DNA from: Bacteroidales bacterium
GTDB taxonomy: Bacteria > Bacteroidota > Bacteroidia > Bacteroidales > JBKEBB01
Direction of reading: 5' to 3'
NCBI GenBank assembly: GCA_047972845.1
Contig: JBKEBB010000092.1
Span: 1 to 34,772, forward strand
Length of the DNA stretch: 34,772 nucleotides
In this document: piece after piece, positions 19,196 through 29,289 of the stretch
Numbering within the stretch: the first letter of the stretch is position 1
Layout of the letters: each line of letters starts with the position of its first letter
The notes under the pieces: generated by a model
Databases searched by the model: none
What the model was told of the DNA's origin: nothing
The model's input: only the letters and a program-made list of their open reading frames with translations
Position numbers and translations under genes: made by a program

Positions 19196-19438
19196 CATAT
19201 AAAAGATCCCCTACGAATGTTGCGAGACAACATCAGGCCTCCCCACTTAAACGAGGAGTTTTTTTGAGACTTAAGCGTAAAATTATGACTACAAAAGTTT
19301 TAATACATTGTTTAACCACTTAAAACTGAATTGCCTATGGTGAAATGAAGGAAAGATCTATATCTCGTTACATTTTTATCGCTAATAAAATGATTCTTTA
19401 TTTTTTTATAAACAAACTTTGAAAAACAATCAAACAAA

Positions 19439-22400
19439 ATGAATGTAAAATCTTGGAGTAAAGCTTTGACTCTTCTTCTTGTTGCTTCTGTTTGTACATT
19501 TTCTGTAAATGCAGCAGATGCCAACGATGCTGCCATTGCAATGATGCAACAGCAAACGAAGAAAATCAGTGGTACTGTTACAGACAATGCGGGTGAGCCG
19601 ATTATCGGAGCCAACATTGTGCTGAAAAGTAACAGAAGCGTTGGTGCAATCACCGACATCGACGGAAAGTACACACTGGATGTACCTGCCGGCGCAGTTG
19701 TAGTGGTTTCTTATGTAGGTTACACTACTAAAGAAGTTGCTGTAGGTTCTCAAAATGTAGTAAACGTTACCCTCGTTGAAGACAGCGAACAGCTGGATGA
19801 GGTAGTGGTAGTAGGTTATGGTGTTCAGCGTAAGTCTGACGTAACCGGTTCTATCGCCATTGCCGACGCGAAAGACCTTCTTCGTACCCCATCGTTCAGT
19901 GCGATTCAGGGTCTTAAAGGTATCGCTCCCGGTGTAAACGTATTTATCAACTCAGGTATGCCTGGTGGAGGTACTCGCGTTGTTATCCGCGGTCGCTCTT
20001 CAATCCAAGCAGCTGGTGAGCCTCTTTACGTGGTGGACGGAGTAGTAATGGAAGACTTCCAGTTTGTTAACCCGAATGACATCGAGCGTATGGAGGTATT
20101 GAAAGATGCTTCTGCAACTGCTATCTACGGTGCTCGTGGTGCAAACGGCGTGATCATGGTTACTACCAAACGTGGTGGAACTCAAGAAGGAAAAGCGACT
20201 GTTTCTTATAGCGGTTGGGTTTCAGCTTCTATGATGGCTCGCAAAATGAGAACATTGACCGGTGACGAGTGGATGAAAGCCTATCGTATCGGTATGCAGA
20301 ACGCCGAGCGTTTCGGTGGCAAATCTGCTTCTGAATTGAATGCTCGCTGGACAAACATCTCTATGAACAACCCTGCGAATCCTCAGTTCCAACCTCTTTT
20401 CCGCATCGACGGCGCGTTCAATCCTGAAGGATGGAGAAACGCTGACGACAAAAACTTGGTGAACCTGTACAACACAGACTGGCAAAAGGAATCAACTCGT
20501 ACAGCTATTTCTCATAACCACCAGTTGAACATCCAACAAGGTGGTAAAAACTCTTCTGTAGGTGCGTTCTTGAACTATACCGACCAACAAGGTATCGTTA
20601 ACAACACATACATGAAGCGTTTGAACGCTAAATTGACTTACGACGCGAAACCAACGCCTTGGTTGTCAACAGGTATCAACTTGATGGTGAACCACACATG
20701 GCAGCGTGAGACTCAAATTGGATCAGGAGGTATGGACGCTATCCGTATGATTATCGAGATGCCTAGCATCATTCCTGTGAAATATCCTGACGGAGGTTGG
20801 TCATCAACTTCTTCTTCAGTCGGTTCAAGCCGTTCAATCAACGGTTTCGGATTCGAGGCGGCTCCTAACCCTGTTCACTTCCTTGACCAACGTAACTTCA
20901 TGGCCTACCGTACACAAATCTTCGGTAACGCCGCGTTGACTTTCCACTTGATGGATGGTTTGGATCTGAAAACACAATTTGGTGTGGATGCTCAAATGCG
21001 TCGTTGGAGACAACATCAACCATTCGGTTTGGTTAACCAGGACAACGGTGGTAAAGGATATGTTAGCCTTTCATTCGACGACATCCTCTACTGGCAGGAA
21101 GAGACCTTCTTAACTTACAACAAAGCATTTGGCAAACACCGTGTAAACGGAGTATTGGGTCTTTCATGGACTGAGCGTGTAAACCGTAACATGAGTTCAA
21201 ACTCAGGTAACTTCACTACCAACGCGTTTGGTTTTGACAACATTGGTGCAGGTTCTGAACCAGGTACTCCGGGATCAAGCTACGGCCGTTGGGCGATGAA
21301 CTCATACTTCTTCCGTGGAGGTTACACCTACGACGATAAGTATATGGCTACAGTGACTGCTCGTGTGGACGGATCTTCACGATTCGGTGCCAACAACAAA
21401 TACGCGTTGTTCCCATCACTTGGTTTGGGATGGATGATCTCGAACGAAGAGTTCATGAAAGACATTACTTGGATTGACCAGTTGAAACTGCACACCTCGT
21501 ATGGTGTTACCGGTAACTCTGAAATTGGACAATTCAACTCATTGTCAACTTATAGCTTCGGTACTACATTGATCGGTGGCGCACGCGTGCCTTCAGCATC
21601 TCCAACTCGTCTTTCTAACCCTGACTTGAAATGGGAGAAAACTGCGCAGTTTGACGTTGGTTTCAACTTGAACATGTTTAAAAACCGTTTGAATTTTGAC
21701 CTTTCTTACTACTACAAATACACAGACGATTTGTTGTTGAGCGCTCCAATTCCTGCTTCTTCTGGTTACAACTCAATCATGAGAAACATTGGTGCGGTAT
21801 CTAACCAAGGTATTGACGTGATGGTAACATTTGTTCCTGTTCAAACAAAAGATTTCGAATGGAACTCAACTCTGAACTTCAACTACAACTCGAATAAAGT
21901 AGAGAAATTGGCTAACAACAACGCTGACTTAACAACTGACAGCTGGTTGGGTGGTGACGTGATCATGCGCGTAGGCGAACCTTTAGGCTCTATCTACATC
22001 CTTGACCGTGTTGGTATCAAAGGAGAAGCATTTGTTGCTCAGTATGGTGGCCGTGTAGGTACCGCTCTCCGTAACAACAACTTGCCAAGATTAGATGGTG
22101 AAAGCGATGATTCATTCAAAAAACGTACAGGAAAACAGCTTCAAGGACCATCAGTTCCTCCTGTTCAAGGATCATGGATCAACAAATTCTACTACAAAAA
22201 CTTTGACTTGACCATTGACCTTCAATTTACTTTGGGTGGAAAGATCAACCAACGTTACTATCACTCAGGTGAAGACCGTTTCGGTTTGACAGGTGGTTTG
22301 GCTTCAATCTTACTTGACGCATGGAGCCCGGGCAAACCAACAGATGTTCCTAACCAAGTACAAGCAGTTCGTTTGGCCTCTTTCGACGGACAAGATTCAA

Positions 22401-22675
22401 CAATGGATAGCCGTTGGTTGTCAAGCGCTTCTTACCTCCGTGGTAACTTGTTCCAATTGGGTTACAACTTCGACAAAGGGGTTACCAATGCTCTTCGTTT
22501 GAGCGCATTACGTGCCTATGTAAGTGTTGAGAACGCTTTCTCGATCTATTCAAGCAAGTTCCAAGGTTATGATGGTGAGGGTACTACAACAGGTAACGTA
22601 TTCTCTCAAAACCAATCATTCTTCCAATACCCACGTCCTATCGTGTTCACTTTGGGAGCTAACGTAACATTCTAA
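19439..22675 (+). CDS. susC: SusC/RagA family TonB-dependent outer membrane transporter
   Basis: Signal peptide; N-terminal extension ISGTVTDNAGEPIIGANI; LDEVVVVGYG; plug motif EVLKDASATAIYGARGANGVIMVTTK; RVDGSSRFG; LKWEKT; C-terminal F. Confidence 0.97.
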   Translation: MNVKSWSKALTLLLVASVCTFSVNAADANDAAIAMMQQQTKKISGTVTDNAGEPIIGANIVLKSNRSVGAITDIDGKYTLDVPAGAVVVVSYVGYTTKEVAVGSQNVVNVTLVEDSEQLDEVVVVGYGVQRKSDVTGSIAIADAKDLLRTPSFSAIQGLKGIAPGVNVFINSGMPGGGTRVVIRGRSSIQAAGEPLYVVDGVVMEDFQFVNPNDIERMEVLKDASATAIYGARGANGVIMVTTKRGGTQEGKATVSYSGWVSASMMARKMRTLTGDEWMKAYRIGMQNAERFGGKSASELNARWTNISMNNPANPQFQPLFRIDGAFNPEGWRNADDKNLVNLYNTDWQKESTRTAISHNHQLNIQQGGKNSSVGAFLNYTDQQGIVNNTYMKRLNAKLTYDAKPTPWLSTGINLMVNHTWQRETQIGSGGMDAIRMIIEMPSIIPVKYPDGGWSSTSSSVGSSRSINGFGFEAAPNPVHFLDQRNFMAYRTQIFGNAALTFHLMDGLDLKTQFGVDAQMRRWRQHQPFGLVNQDNGGKGYVSLSFDDILYWQEETFLTYNKAFGKHRVNGVLGLSWTERVNRNMSSNSGNFTTNAFGFDNIGAGSEPGTPGSSYGRWAMNSYFFRGGYTYDDKYMATVTARVDGSSRFGANNKYALFPSLGLGWMISNEEFMKDITWIDQLKLHTSYGVTGNSEIGQFNSLSTYSFGTTLIGGARVPSASPTRLSNPDLKWEKTAQFDVGFNLNMFKNRLNFDLSYYYKYTDDLLLSAPIPASSGYNSIMRNIGAVSNQGIDVMVTFVPVQTKDFEWNSTLNFNYNSNKVEKLANNNADLTTDSWLGGDVIMRVGEPLGSIYILDRVGIKGEAFVAQYGGRVGTALRNNNLPRLDGESDDSFKKRTGKQLQGPSVPPVQGSWINKFYYKNFDLTIDLQFTLGGKINQRYYHSGEDRFGLTGGLASILLDAWSPGKPTDVPNQVQAVRLASFDGQDSTMDSRWLSSASYLRGNLFQLGYNFDKGVTNALRLSALRAYVSVENAFSIYSSKFQGYDGEGTTTGNVFSQNQSFFQYPRPIVFTLGANVTF

Positions 22676-22692
22676 ACAATCAAAGCAAGAAA

Positions 22693-24504
22693 ATGAAAAT
22701 GAATAAAATAATTTTAGGATTTGCATGTGTTAGCCTACTGGCTTTCACATCATGTGCCGATTCATTCCTGAAAGAAGAGCCGAAGAGTGAACTTGCAGGC
22801 GCAGGTTTCTTCACTTCAGCTAAGAATGTTCAGGCCTCGGTGAACAACCTGTATCGTTCAGGCGCCAACAGCTGGTACAATACCGGTGTGTACAACGGAT
22901 CAAACCACATGTTCGGAGGTTGGAGAGCCGGTCTGTTCTTGAACAACGAATATGGTGAAATGTCTCACTCATTGTCAAAACCATTGGCTCGCTTGGATCC
23001 TCAATCAAACGCGCACGACAACTGGTTGGCTCCATTGTTTAACGATCCATACATTTATATTCAACGTGCGAACGCGATCATCAAGTTCGTTCCTGACATG
23101 GACCCCAAGACAACCGGTATTACCGATGCTGAGAAAGCTCAATTTGTAGCTGAAGCAAAAGTGCTCCGTGCACAAAACTACATGTGGTTGGTTCGCTACT
23201 TTGGCGATGTACCCTTGGTACTGGAAAACCAATCAGCAGCTGACGACCTCGAAGTTGAAAGAACTTCAAAAGATTTGGTTTGGAAACAGATCATTACTGA
23301 CCTTGAAGAGGCTGTTCCAGGATTTGGTACCCCTAAATCAATGTACGACAACAACATGCGTATCACTGCTACTGTTGCTTCTGCAACTTTGATCGATGCA
23401 TACATGTCTGCAGCCGGTATCACAGGTGACGCTACATTGTACACCAAAGCGGCCGCTGAAGCGAAGAAATTCCTTCCCGGAGGTGCATACGCGGGTATTC
23501 ACGAATTGGAGCAACACACAATCGATGCAACCTTTGACATCGCTGATGTGGACACTACAATCGCTAACTACGTGGTTAACGGTGCTAACATCAACATCTT
23601 CAACCCAGGTGAAGGTAGTGCATACAACAAACTTCGCAACGTGAACGCGGCTGGCCCTACAGCAAGAGGTTACAACAAATGGGCTCCAGAAGCTCAGGCT
23701 GGTCAAGCTCCTAAGTCTTCTAAGGAGTACATCTACGCGATTGAGTTCTTTATCGGTATCAGCAACAATGGTATCAACCAAAGTGCATGGCCAACTACTG
23801 TGGAAGGTTTGGGTTCAGGAGAAACCAAAACAACACTGTTGAACAACTCATATCGTCCGGAGCGTCGTCTGTTGGCTATCTATGACTCAGCTAATGACTT
23901 ACGTGCATGGGAACGTCAGTACTATGCTAACTTCTTCATCAGAAAGAATCTTGATCCGGTTAACAACCCAGAATCAAATACTCCTTCTCCTTACTTCTTC
24001 TATGACTTCCAAGCATTGAAAGAGACTAACTCTTCAGGTCGTCACTGGGCTGTTTATCGCCTTGCTGAAATGTACTTGTTCGCTGCTGAAGCCATTGCTC
24101 AAGCTGAAGGTGTAACTGCTCAAGCTGTTGACGCGTTGGTTGCTGTTAAGAAACGTGCTTACATTACCAAAACTGAAGCTCAAATCCGCGCTTCTATTCC
24201 TTCCGCTAAACAAGCGTTTATTGAAGAGGTATGGCGTGAGCGTTATCGTGAGCTTCCTACTGAGTACAAAGCATGGTGGGATATCCTCCGTACCGGCAAA
24301 TACCCAAAAACAAGAGAGTATAGCCAATACACTCCTGCTGACAACCCAGCAATTGATCGTGGTGACTGTATCTTCGTTGACGCGTCAACTGTTTACAACG
24401 AGGTTCGCGGCGAGTCTGGAAGCAAATACCCATGGGCAGGTAAATCAATGTATCTACCATTCGCTGAATCTGTAATGCAGAAAAACCCAAAACTTAGAAA
24501 CTAA
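22693..24504 (+). CDS. susD: SusD/RagB family surface lipoprotein
   Basis: Lipobox LAFTSC; AEAKVLRA..Y..LVRYFGDVPL, YRLAEMYLFAAEA, ERYRELPTEYKAWWDILR; starts 17 bp after susC. Confidence 0.95.
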   Translation: MKMNKIILGFACVSLLAFTSCADSFLKEEPKSELAGAGFFTSAKNVQASVNNLYRSGANSWYNTGVYNGSNHMFGGWRAGLFLNNEYGEMSHSLSKPLARLDPQSNAHDNWLAPLFNDPYIYIQRANAIIKFVPDMDPKTTGITDAEKAQFVAEAKVLRAQNYMWLVRYFGDVPLVLENQSAADDLEVERTSKDLVWKQIITDLEEAVPGFGTPKSMYDNNMRITATVASATLIDAYMSAAGITGDATLYTKAAAEAKKFLPGGAYAGIHELEQHTIDATFDIADVDTTIANYVVNGANINIFNPGEGSAYNKLRNVNAAGPTARGYNKWAPEAQAGQAPKSSKEYIYAIEFFIGISNNGINQSAWPTTVEGLGSGETKTTLLNNSYRPERRLLAIYDSANDLRAWERQYYANFFIRKNLDPVNNPESNTPSPYFFYDFQALKETNSSGRHWAVYRLAEMYLFAAEAIAQAEGVTAQAVDALVAVKKRAYITKTEAQIRASIPSAKQAFIEEVWRERYRELPTEYKAWWDILRTGKYPKTREYSQYTPADNPAIDRGDCIFVDASTVYNEVRGESGSKYPWAGKSMYLPFAESVMQKNPKLRN

Positions 24505-24529
24505 TTTTCGGTTCTGCTGAAATGAATAG

Positions 24530-24572
24530 GAGAGGCTGTCTAACAATGTTAGGCAGCCTCTCTGCCTTTTTA
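24530..24572 (+). terminator. Terminator after susD (GAGGCTG...CAGCCTC hairpin family)
   Basis: GAGAGGCTGTCTAACA-A-TGTTAGGCAGCCTCTC stem with a T-run shortly after. Confidence 0.8.
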
Positions 24573-24962
24573 TTTATATGATACGATGCAACAAAATATG
24601 AAAAAATTGATTCCTAAATTCGTTGAATGTCTGTATGAAATATTGACGGGAGTAAACATGCCAATGCTATCTAATATAATCCACACGAGATTCGAATAAT
24701 CTGACATAGATTGTAGAATTAACAAACAAGATGAAACAACCAAATGATTGAGGAAATACTGAAAAAAACAAAACAGAAATGATCTCACACAACAAGCACT
24801 CGTAACCTGCTCATCGCCAAATAAAGTAATATATGGAAGATCATTGAGGTTGATTTAAATGAAGTGACAGAAAGTTGAACCAGAAAGCGATAAATCGGCC
24901 ATTTCACGTAATGGCTTTGTAATTATTAACACGCTGACTCCTTTTATTTACTGAACTATATC

Positions 24963-24970
24963 TATATTTG
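24963..24970 (+). promoter_or_regulatory. -7 promoter element TATATTTG for the oxidoreductase operon
   Basis: Exact TAnnTTTG about 150 bp before ATG 25119. Confidence 0.5.
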
Positions 24971-25118
24971 TTGCGAGGAAAAAGTGGATGTTTCGAAAAT
25001 CCACTGAAATTGCCGAAAGAAGAGGAAAATAGAGAGGATGTGATGAAAAATAATATCTGACTCTTGCTTCTCAAAGAGAACAATAACCACTGACACTTTA
25101 ACAATTAAATATAATATC

Positions 25119-26597
25119 ATGTCAGAGTCAATTTCAAGAAGATCATTTCTGCGCAGAGGTGCCTTGGCTGCCGCAGGTATCACAATAGCACCCAGTGCTA
25201 TTTTGGGAAAACAGTGGGGACATACCGCTCCGACTGACAAATTGAATATTGCCGGAATAGGTGTCGGCGGAATGGGCTTCGGTAACCTGAAAAACATGGA
25301 AACCGAAAATATTGTTGCTCTTTGTGACGTAGATTTCGACTATGCAAAAAAAGCATTCGATCGTTATCCCAATGCTAAACGCTACTGGGACTATCGCAAG
25401 ATGTGGGACGAAATGGGAAAAGGAAGCATCGATGCTGTAATGGTGGCAACAGCTGACCATACACATGCCATATCGTGTGCAGAGGCAATGACCATGGGAA
25501 TACATGCGTACGTTCAAAAGCCATTAACCCACACTGTATATGAATCAAGACTTCTGACCAAATTAGCCGATAAGCATAAGGTTGCAACTCAGATGGGTAA
25601 CCAAGGATCTTCAGGAGAAGGTGTTCGCTTGATCTGCGACTGGATCTGGAATGGTGAAATTGGAGAAGTAACGAAAGTAGAAGCCTTTACCGATCGCCCG
25701 TTATGGCCTCAAGGTCTTTCTCTACCTGATCCCAAAGGTGCAAAACCAAAGAAAAACTTTAATTGGGATCTCTTCCTAGGTCCTTGCCAACAAAAAGATT
25801 ACAATCCCGTTTACCATCCTTGGAACTGGCGTGGCTGGTGGGACTTTGGGACCGGTGCCCTTGGAGATATGGCTTGCCACATCCTTCATCCGGTTTTCAA
25901 AGGATTAAAACTTGGATATCCAACAAAAGTACAGGGAAGCTCAACCTTACTGCTTGCTGACTGCGCTCCGCATGCCCAGACCGTAAAATTGACATTCCCA
26001 CAAAGAGATAACATGCCGAAGGTTTCTATGCCTGAGGTGGAAGTATTCTGGTATGACGGAGGATTGAAACCTCCCCGCCCAGAAGGAGTTCCTGTAGGAA
26101 AAAATCTAAACGATGATGGCGGTTGCGTTATATTCCACGGAACAAAAGATACATTGATCTGCGGTTGCTACGGTGTCCGTCCTTGGTTAGTATCAGGTCG
26201 CATACCCAACGCTCCTAAAACACAACGAGAAATTACCGTATCACACGAACAGGATTGGATCCGTGCATGTAAAGAATCTCCGGCAAGCCGCGTAAAAACA
26301 GCCTCTGACTTCTCTGAAGCAGGACCATTCAACGAAATGGTTGTGATGGGAGTATTGGCAGTACGCTTGCAAGCACTAAACCGTATCCTATATTGGGATG
26401 GACCGAAAATGGAGTTCACAAACATCAGCGATAACGACGTAATGCGTTTCGTGTTAGACGATGGCTTGAAGGTGGTTGACGGACATCCGACCTATAACAA
26501 GAAATACACACAACCAGTATCAGCTAAAGAATTCGCTCGCGAACTGATTTGTCACAAATACCGTGACGGTTTCCGTTTGCCAGAAATGCCTAAATAA
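25119..26597 (+). CDS. Tat-exported Gfo/Idh/MocA family oxidoreductase, paralog 1
   Basis: Twin-arginine SRRSFLRR signal; Rossmann IGVGGMG; QKPL; GALGDMACH. Confidence 0.93.
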   Translation: MSESISRRSFLRRGALAAAGITIAPSAILGKQWGHTAPTDKLNIAGIGVGGMGFGNLKNMETENIVALCDVDFDYAKKAFDRYPNAKRYWDYRKMWDEMGKGSIDAVMVATADHTHAISCAEAMTMGIHAYVQKPLTHTVYESRLLTKLADKHKVATQMGNQGSSGEGVRLICDWIWNGEIGEVTKVEAFTDRPLWPQGLSLPDPKGAKPKKNFNWDLFLGPCQQKDYNPVYHPWNWRGWWDFGTGALGDMACHILHPVFKGLKLGYPTKVQGSSTLLLADCAPHAQTVKLTFPQRDNMPKVSMPEVEVFWYDGGLKPPRPEGVPVGKNLNDDGGCVIFHGTKDTLICGCYGVRPWLVSGRIPNAPKTQREITVSHEQDWIRACKESPASRVKTASDFSEAGPFNEMVVMGVLAVRLQALNRILYWDGPKMEFTNISDNDVMRFVLDDGLKVVDGHPTYNKKYTQPVSAKEFARELICHKYRDGFRLPEMPK

Positions 26598-26631
26598 TTT
26601 TTTCATTCACTCTTAATTAAAAACTTATATC

Positions 26632-28110
26632 ATGTCTGAATCTATTTCAAGAAGAGATTTCTTGCGCAGAGGTGCTATTGCAGCAGCAGGAATAACTGTT
26701 GCCCCAAGCACAATTTTGGGTAAAAAGTGGGGACACACCGCTCCTACTGACAAACTGAATATCGCCGGTATTGGTGTCGGAGGTATGGGTAACTCTAACC
26801 TTACCCAGATGAGAACCGAGAACATTGTTGCACTTTGCGACGTGGACTGGAAATATTCTGCAAAGGTGTTTGAAAGATATCCTGATGCTAAGAAATATTG
26901 GGATTATCGTAAGTTGTTCGACGAAATGGGTAAATCAATTGACGCCATCATGTGTGCGACAGCTGACCATACTCACGCCATCATCACTGCTGATGCCATT
27001 ACAATGGGCAAACACGCCTATACTCAAAAGCCTTTGACTCACTCGGTATATGAGTCTCGACTTTTAACAAAATTGGCTGACAAGTATCAAGTAGCTACTC
27101 AAATGGGTAACCAAGGATCATCTGGCGAAGGCGTTCGCAAGATCTGCGATTGGATCTGGACTGGTGAGATTGGAGAAATCAAGAAAGTTGAAGCTGCTAC
27201 AAACCGTCCTATTTGGCCACAAGGTTTGATGACTCCCGCTAAAGGTGACTGGGTTCCCGAAACATTGAACTGGGATCTATTTACTGGTCCGGCTAACATG
27301 CGTCCATACAACGAAGTATATCACCCATGGAACTGGCGCGGTTGGTGGGATTATGGTACAGGTGCTTTGGGTGATATGGCTTGCCACATCCTGCATCCAG
27401 TATTTAAAGCGTTGAAATTGGGATACCCAACAAAAGCTCAAGGTTCTTCAACTATGTTGCTACGTGACTGTGCTCCTCAAGCTCAACGCGTGAAATTGAC
27501 TTTCCCAGCTCGTCCAAAACATGGCAAATTGAACATGCCTGAGGTTGAGGTTTATTGGTATGACGGAGGTATGATGCCTGACCGTCCAGCAGGTTACCCT
27601 GATGGAAAACCTTTGATGCTCGAAGGTGGTGGTTTGGTTATTTTCCACGGAACAAAAGACACTCTTCTTTGCGGTTGCTATGGACAAAATCCTTGGTTAT
27701 TGTCAGGTCGTGTACCTACTAATGTTCCTAAAACTCAACGTGAAATTACAGTATCACACGAACAAGACTGGATCCGTGCTTGTAAAGAGCCTGCTGCTAC
27801 TCGCGTGAAAACAGCGTCTGACTTCTCTGAAGCAGTACCATTCAACGAAATGGTTGTGATGGGTGTATTGGCCGTTCGTCTGCAAGAATTGAACAAAGAG
27901 TTACTTTGGGATGGTCAAAACATGCGCTTTACCAACATTACTGATGACGACAAACTCAGAATCATCATTAAAGACGGATTTAGTGTGAAAGACGGACATC
28001 CTTCATTTAACAAAGAAATGACAGATCCTATCAATGCTAAGGCATTTGCTGAAGGATTGATCAAGCACAACTATCGCCAAGGCTGGAAATTGGTTGATAT
28101 GCCTAAATAA
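26632..28110 (+). CDS. Tat-exported Gfo/Idh/MocA family oxidoreductase, paralog 2
   Basis: SRRDFLRR signal; same motifs and same 492-aa length as paralog 1. Confidence 0.93.
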   Translation: MSESISRRDFLRRGAIAAAGITVAPSTILGKKWGHTAPTDKLNIAGIGVGGMGNSNLTQMRTENIVALCDVDWKYSAKVFERYPDAKKYWDYRKLFDEMGKSIDAIMCATADHTHAIITADAITMGKHAYTQKPLTHSVYESRLLTKLADKYQVATQMGNQGSSGEGVRKICDWIWTGEIGEIKKVEAATNRPIWPQGLMTPAKGDWVPETLNWDLFTGPANMRPYNEVYHPWNWRGWWDYGTGALGDMACHILHPVFKALKLGYPTKAQGSSTMLLRDCAPQAQRVKLTFPARPKHGKLNMPEVEVYWYDGGMMPDRPAGYPDGKPLMLEGGGLVIFHGTKDTLLCGCYGQNPWLLSGRVPTNVPKTQREITVSHEQDWIRACKEPAATRVKTASDFSEAVPFNEMVVMGVLAVRLQELNKELLWDGQNMRFTNITDDDKLRIIIKDGFSVKDGHPSFNKEMTDPINAKAFAEGLIKHNYRQGWKLVDMPK

Positions 28111-28144
28111 TAGGATTGAAATTAATACTTATAATTGAACAAAA

Positions 28145-28182
28145 CAAAGCTCCACGCCTTCGTATGAAGGTGAGGGGCTTTG
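28145..28182 (+). other. Intercistronic stem-loop (mRNA stability element or partial terminator)
   Basis: CAAAGCTCC-ACGCCTTC-GTAT-GAAGGTG-A-GGGGCTTTG long hairpin between oxidoreductase 2 and the DUF1080 gene. Confidence 0.5.
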
Positions 28183-28234
28183 GTGTTTCAAAACTAAAAT
28201 CGAATTATTTACTAATCTCATAGTTGTAAACAGT

Positions 28235-29014
28235 ATGAAAAAAATGTTCTACATGGTCGCAACAGTAGCAATGGCGACTCTAATGTCAGCTTGTGGCGGT
28301 GGCCAAAAACCAAGTGAAACGGCTGCACCTGAAACAAAGGCAGAAGATGAAAACGTAATTGTTTTATTCGATGGCACAACATTCAATGGATGGAGAGGAT
28401 ACAATCGTCAGGATGTTCCTGCTCGTTGGACCATTGAAGATGGAGCTATCAAGTTCAACGGAACTGGTAAAGGAGAAGGACAAAACACAGATGGTGGAGA
28501 CCTCATCTTTGATCGTAAATTCAAAAACTTTGAACTGGAACTCGAATGGAAAGTATCAAAAGGAGGTAACTCTGGTATTTTCTATCTTGCTCAAGAGGTG
28601 CCCGATAAGCCTATCTACATCTCAGCTCCTGAATGTCAAGTATTGGATAATGAGAACCACCCAGATGCTAAACTTGGTAAAGATGGAAACCGTATGTCAT
28701 CTTCATTGTACGACATGATTCCTGCTAAACCACAAAACGCAAAGCCTTTCGGTGAGTGGAATAAAGTGAAAATCTTGTGTTACAAAGGAACAATTGTACA
28801 CTATCAAAATGACGAACCAGTTGTTGAGTACCACTTGTGGACCGATCAATGGAAAGAAATGCTAGATAAGAGCAAATTCAGCAAAGAAAAATGGCCAGAA
28901 GCATACGAACTATTACTTAACTGCGGTGGTGAAAACCAAGAAGGATACATTGGCTTCCAAGACCACGGTGACGATGTATGGTTCCGCAACATTAAGGTAA
29001 AGATTCTTGAGTAA
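28235..29014 (+). CDS. DUF1080 / 3-keto-disaccharide hydrolase family lipoprotein
   Basis: Lipobox LMSAC; LFDG..FNGWRG, NFELELEWK, GGNSGIFY, ECQVLDN, GEWN, GYIGFQDHG..VWFRNIK. Confidence 0.92.
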   Translation: MKKMFYMVATVAMATLMSACGGGQKPSETAAPETKAEDENVIVLFDGTTFNGWRGYNRQDVPARWTIEDGAIKFNGTGKGEGQNTDGGDLIFDRKFKNFELELEWKVSKGGNSGIFYLAQEVPDKPIYISAPECQVLDNENHPDAKLGKDGNRMSSSLYDMIPAKPQNAKPFGEWNKVKILCYKGTIVHYQNDEPVVEYHLWTDQWKEMLDKSKFSKEKWPEAYELLLNCGGENQEGYIGFQDHGDDVWFRNIKVKILE

Positions 29015-29075
29015 TATCCCTGAATTCTACACATACTCTCCCCCCTTTCCTATATGGAGGAGAAATATGATTACA

Positions 29076-29109
29076 GAGGCTGCTTAAATCAATTTAGGCA
29101 GCCTCCTTT
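29076..29109 (+). terminator. Terminator after the DUF1080 gene (GAGGCTG...CAGCCTC family)
   Basis: GAGGCTGCTTAAAT-CA-ATTTAGGCAGCCTC stem followed by CTTT. Confidence 0.7.
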
Positions 29110-29289
29110 CATTATTATGAGGAAAATAAAAATAAGCGTCACCAAACAAGAATACAATACCTATATATAGAGATCTAAATAACCGAACCTATCGAACAAA
29201 CTCAAAACGGAAGAACGGAAAATCCGAATAAGAAGAATTATTCGTAAATTTACATGCAAGAACCAATATACTCATTCACTAAAACTGCA

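Noticed and set aside
19150-19212. TPP or cobalamin riboswitch in the susC leader (GGGGTGCC, ACAGGGAA)
   Set aside because: Lacks the TPP CTGAGA motif and the cobalamin core / B12-box sequences
24570-25104. Small ORFs between susD and the oxidoreductases
   Set aside because: AT-rich, no motifs or clear translation signals; they overlap the terminator and promoter regions
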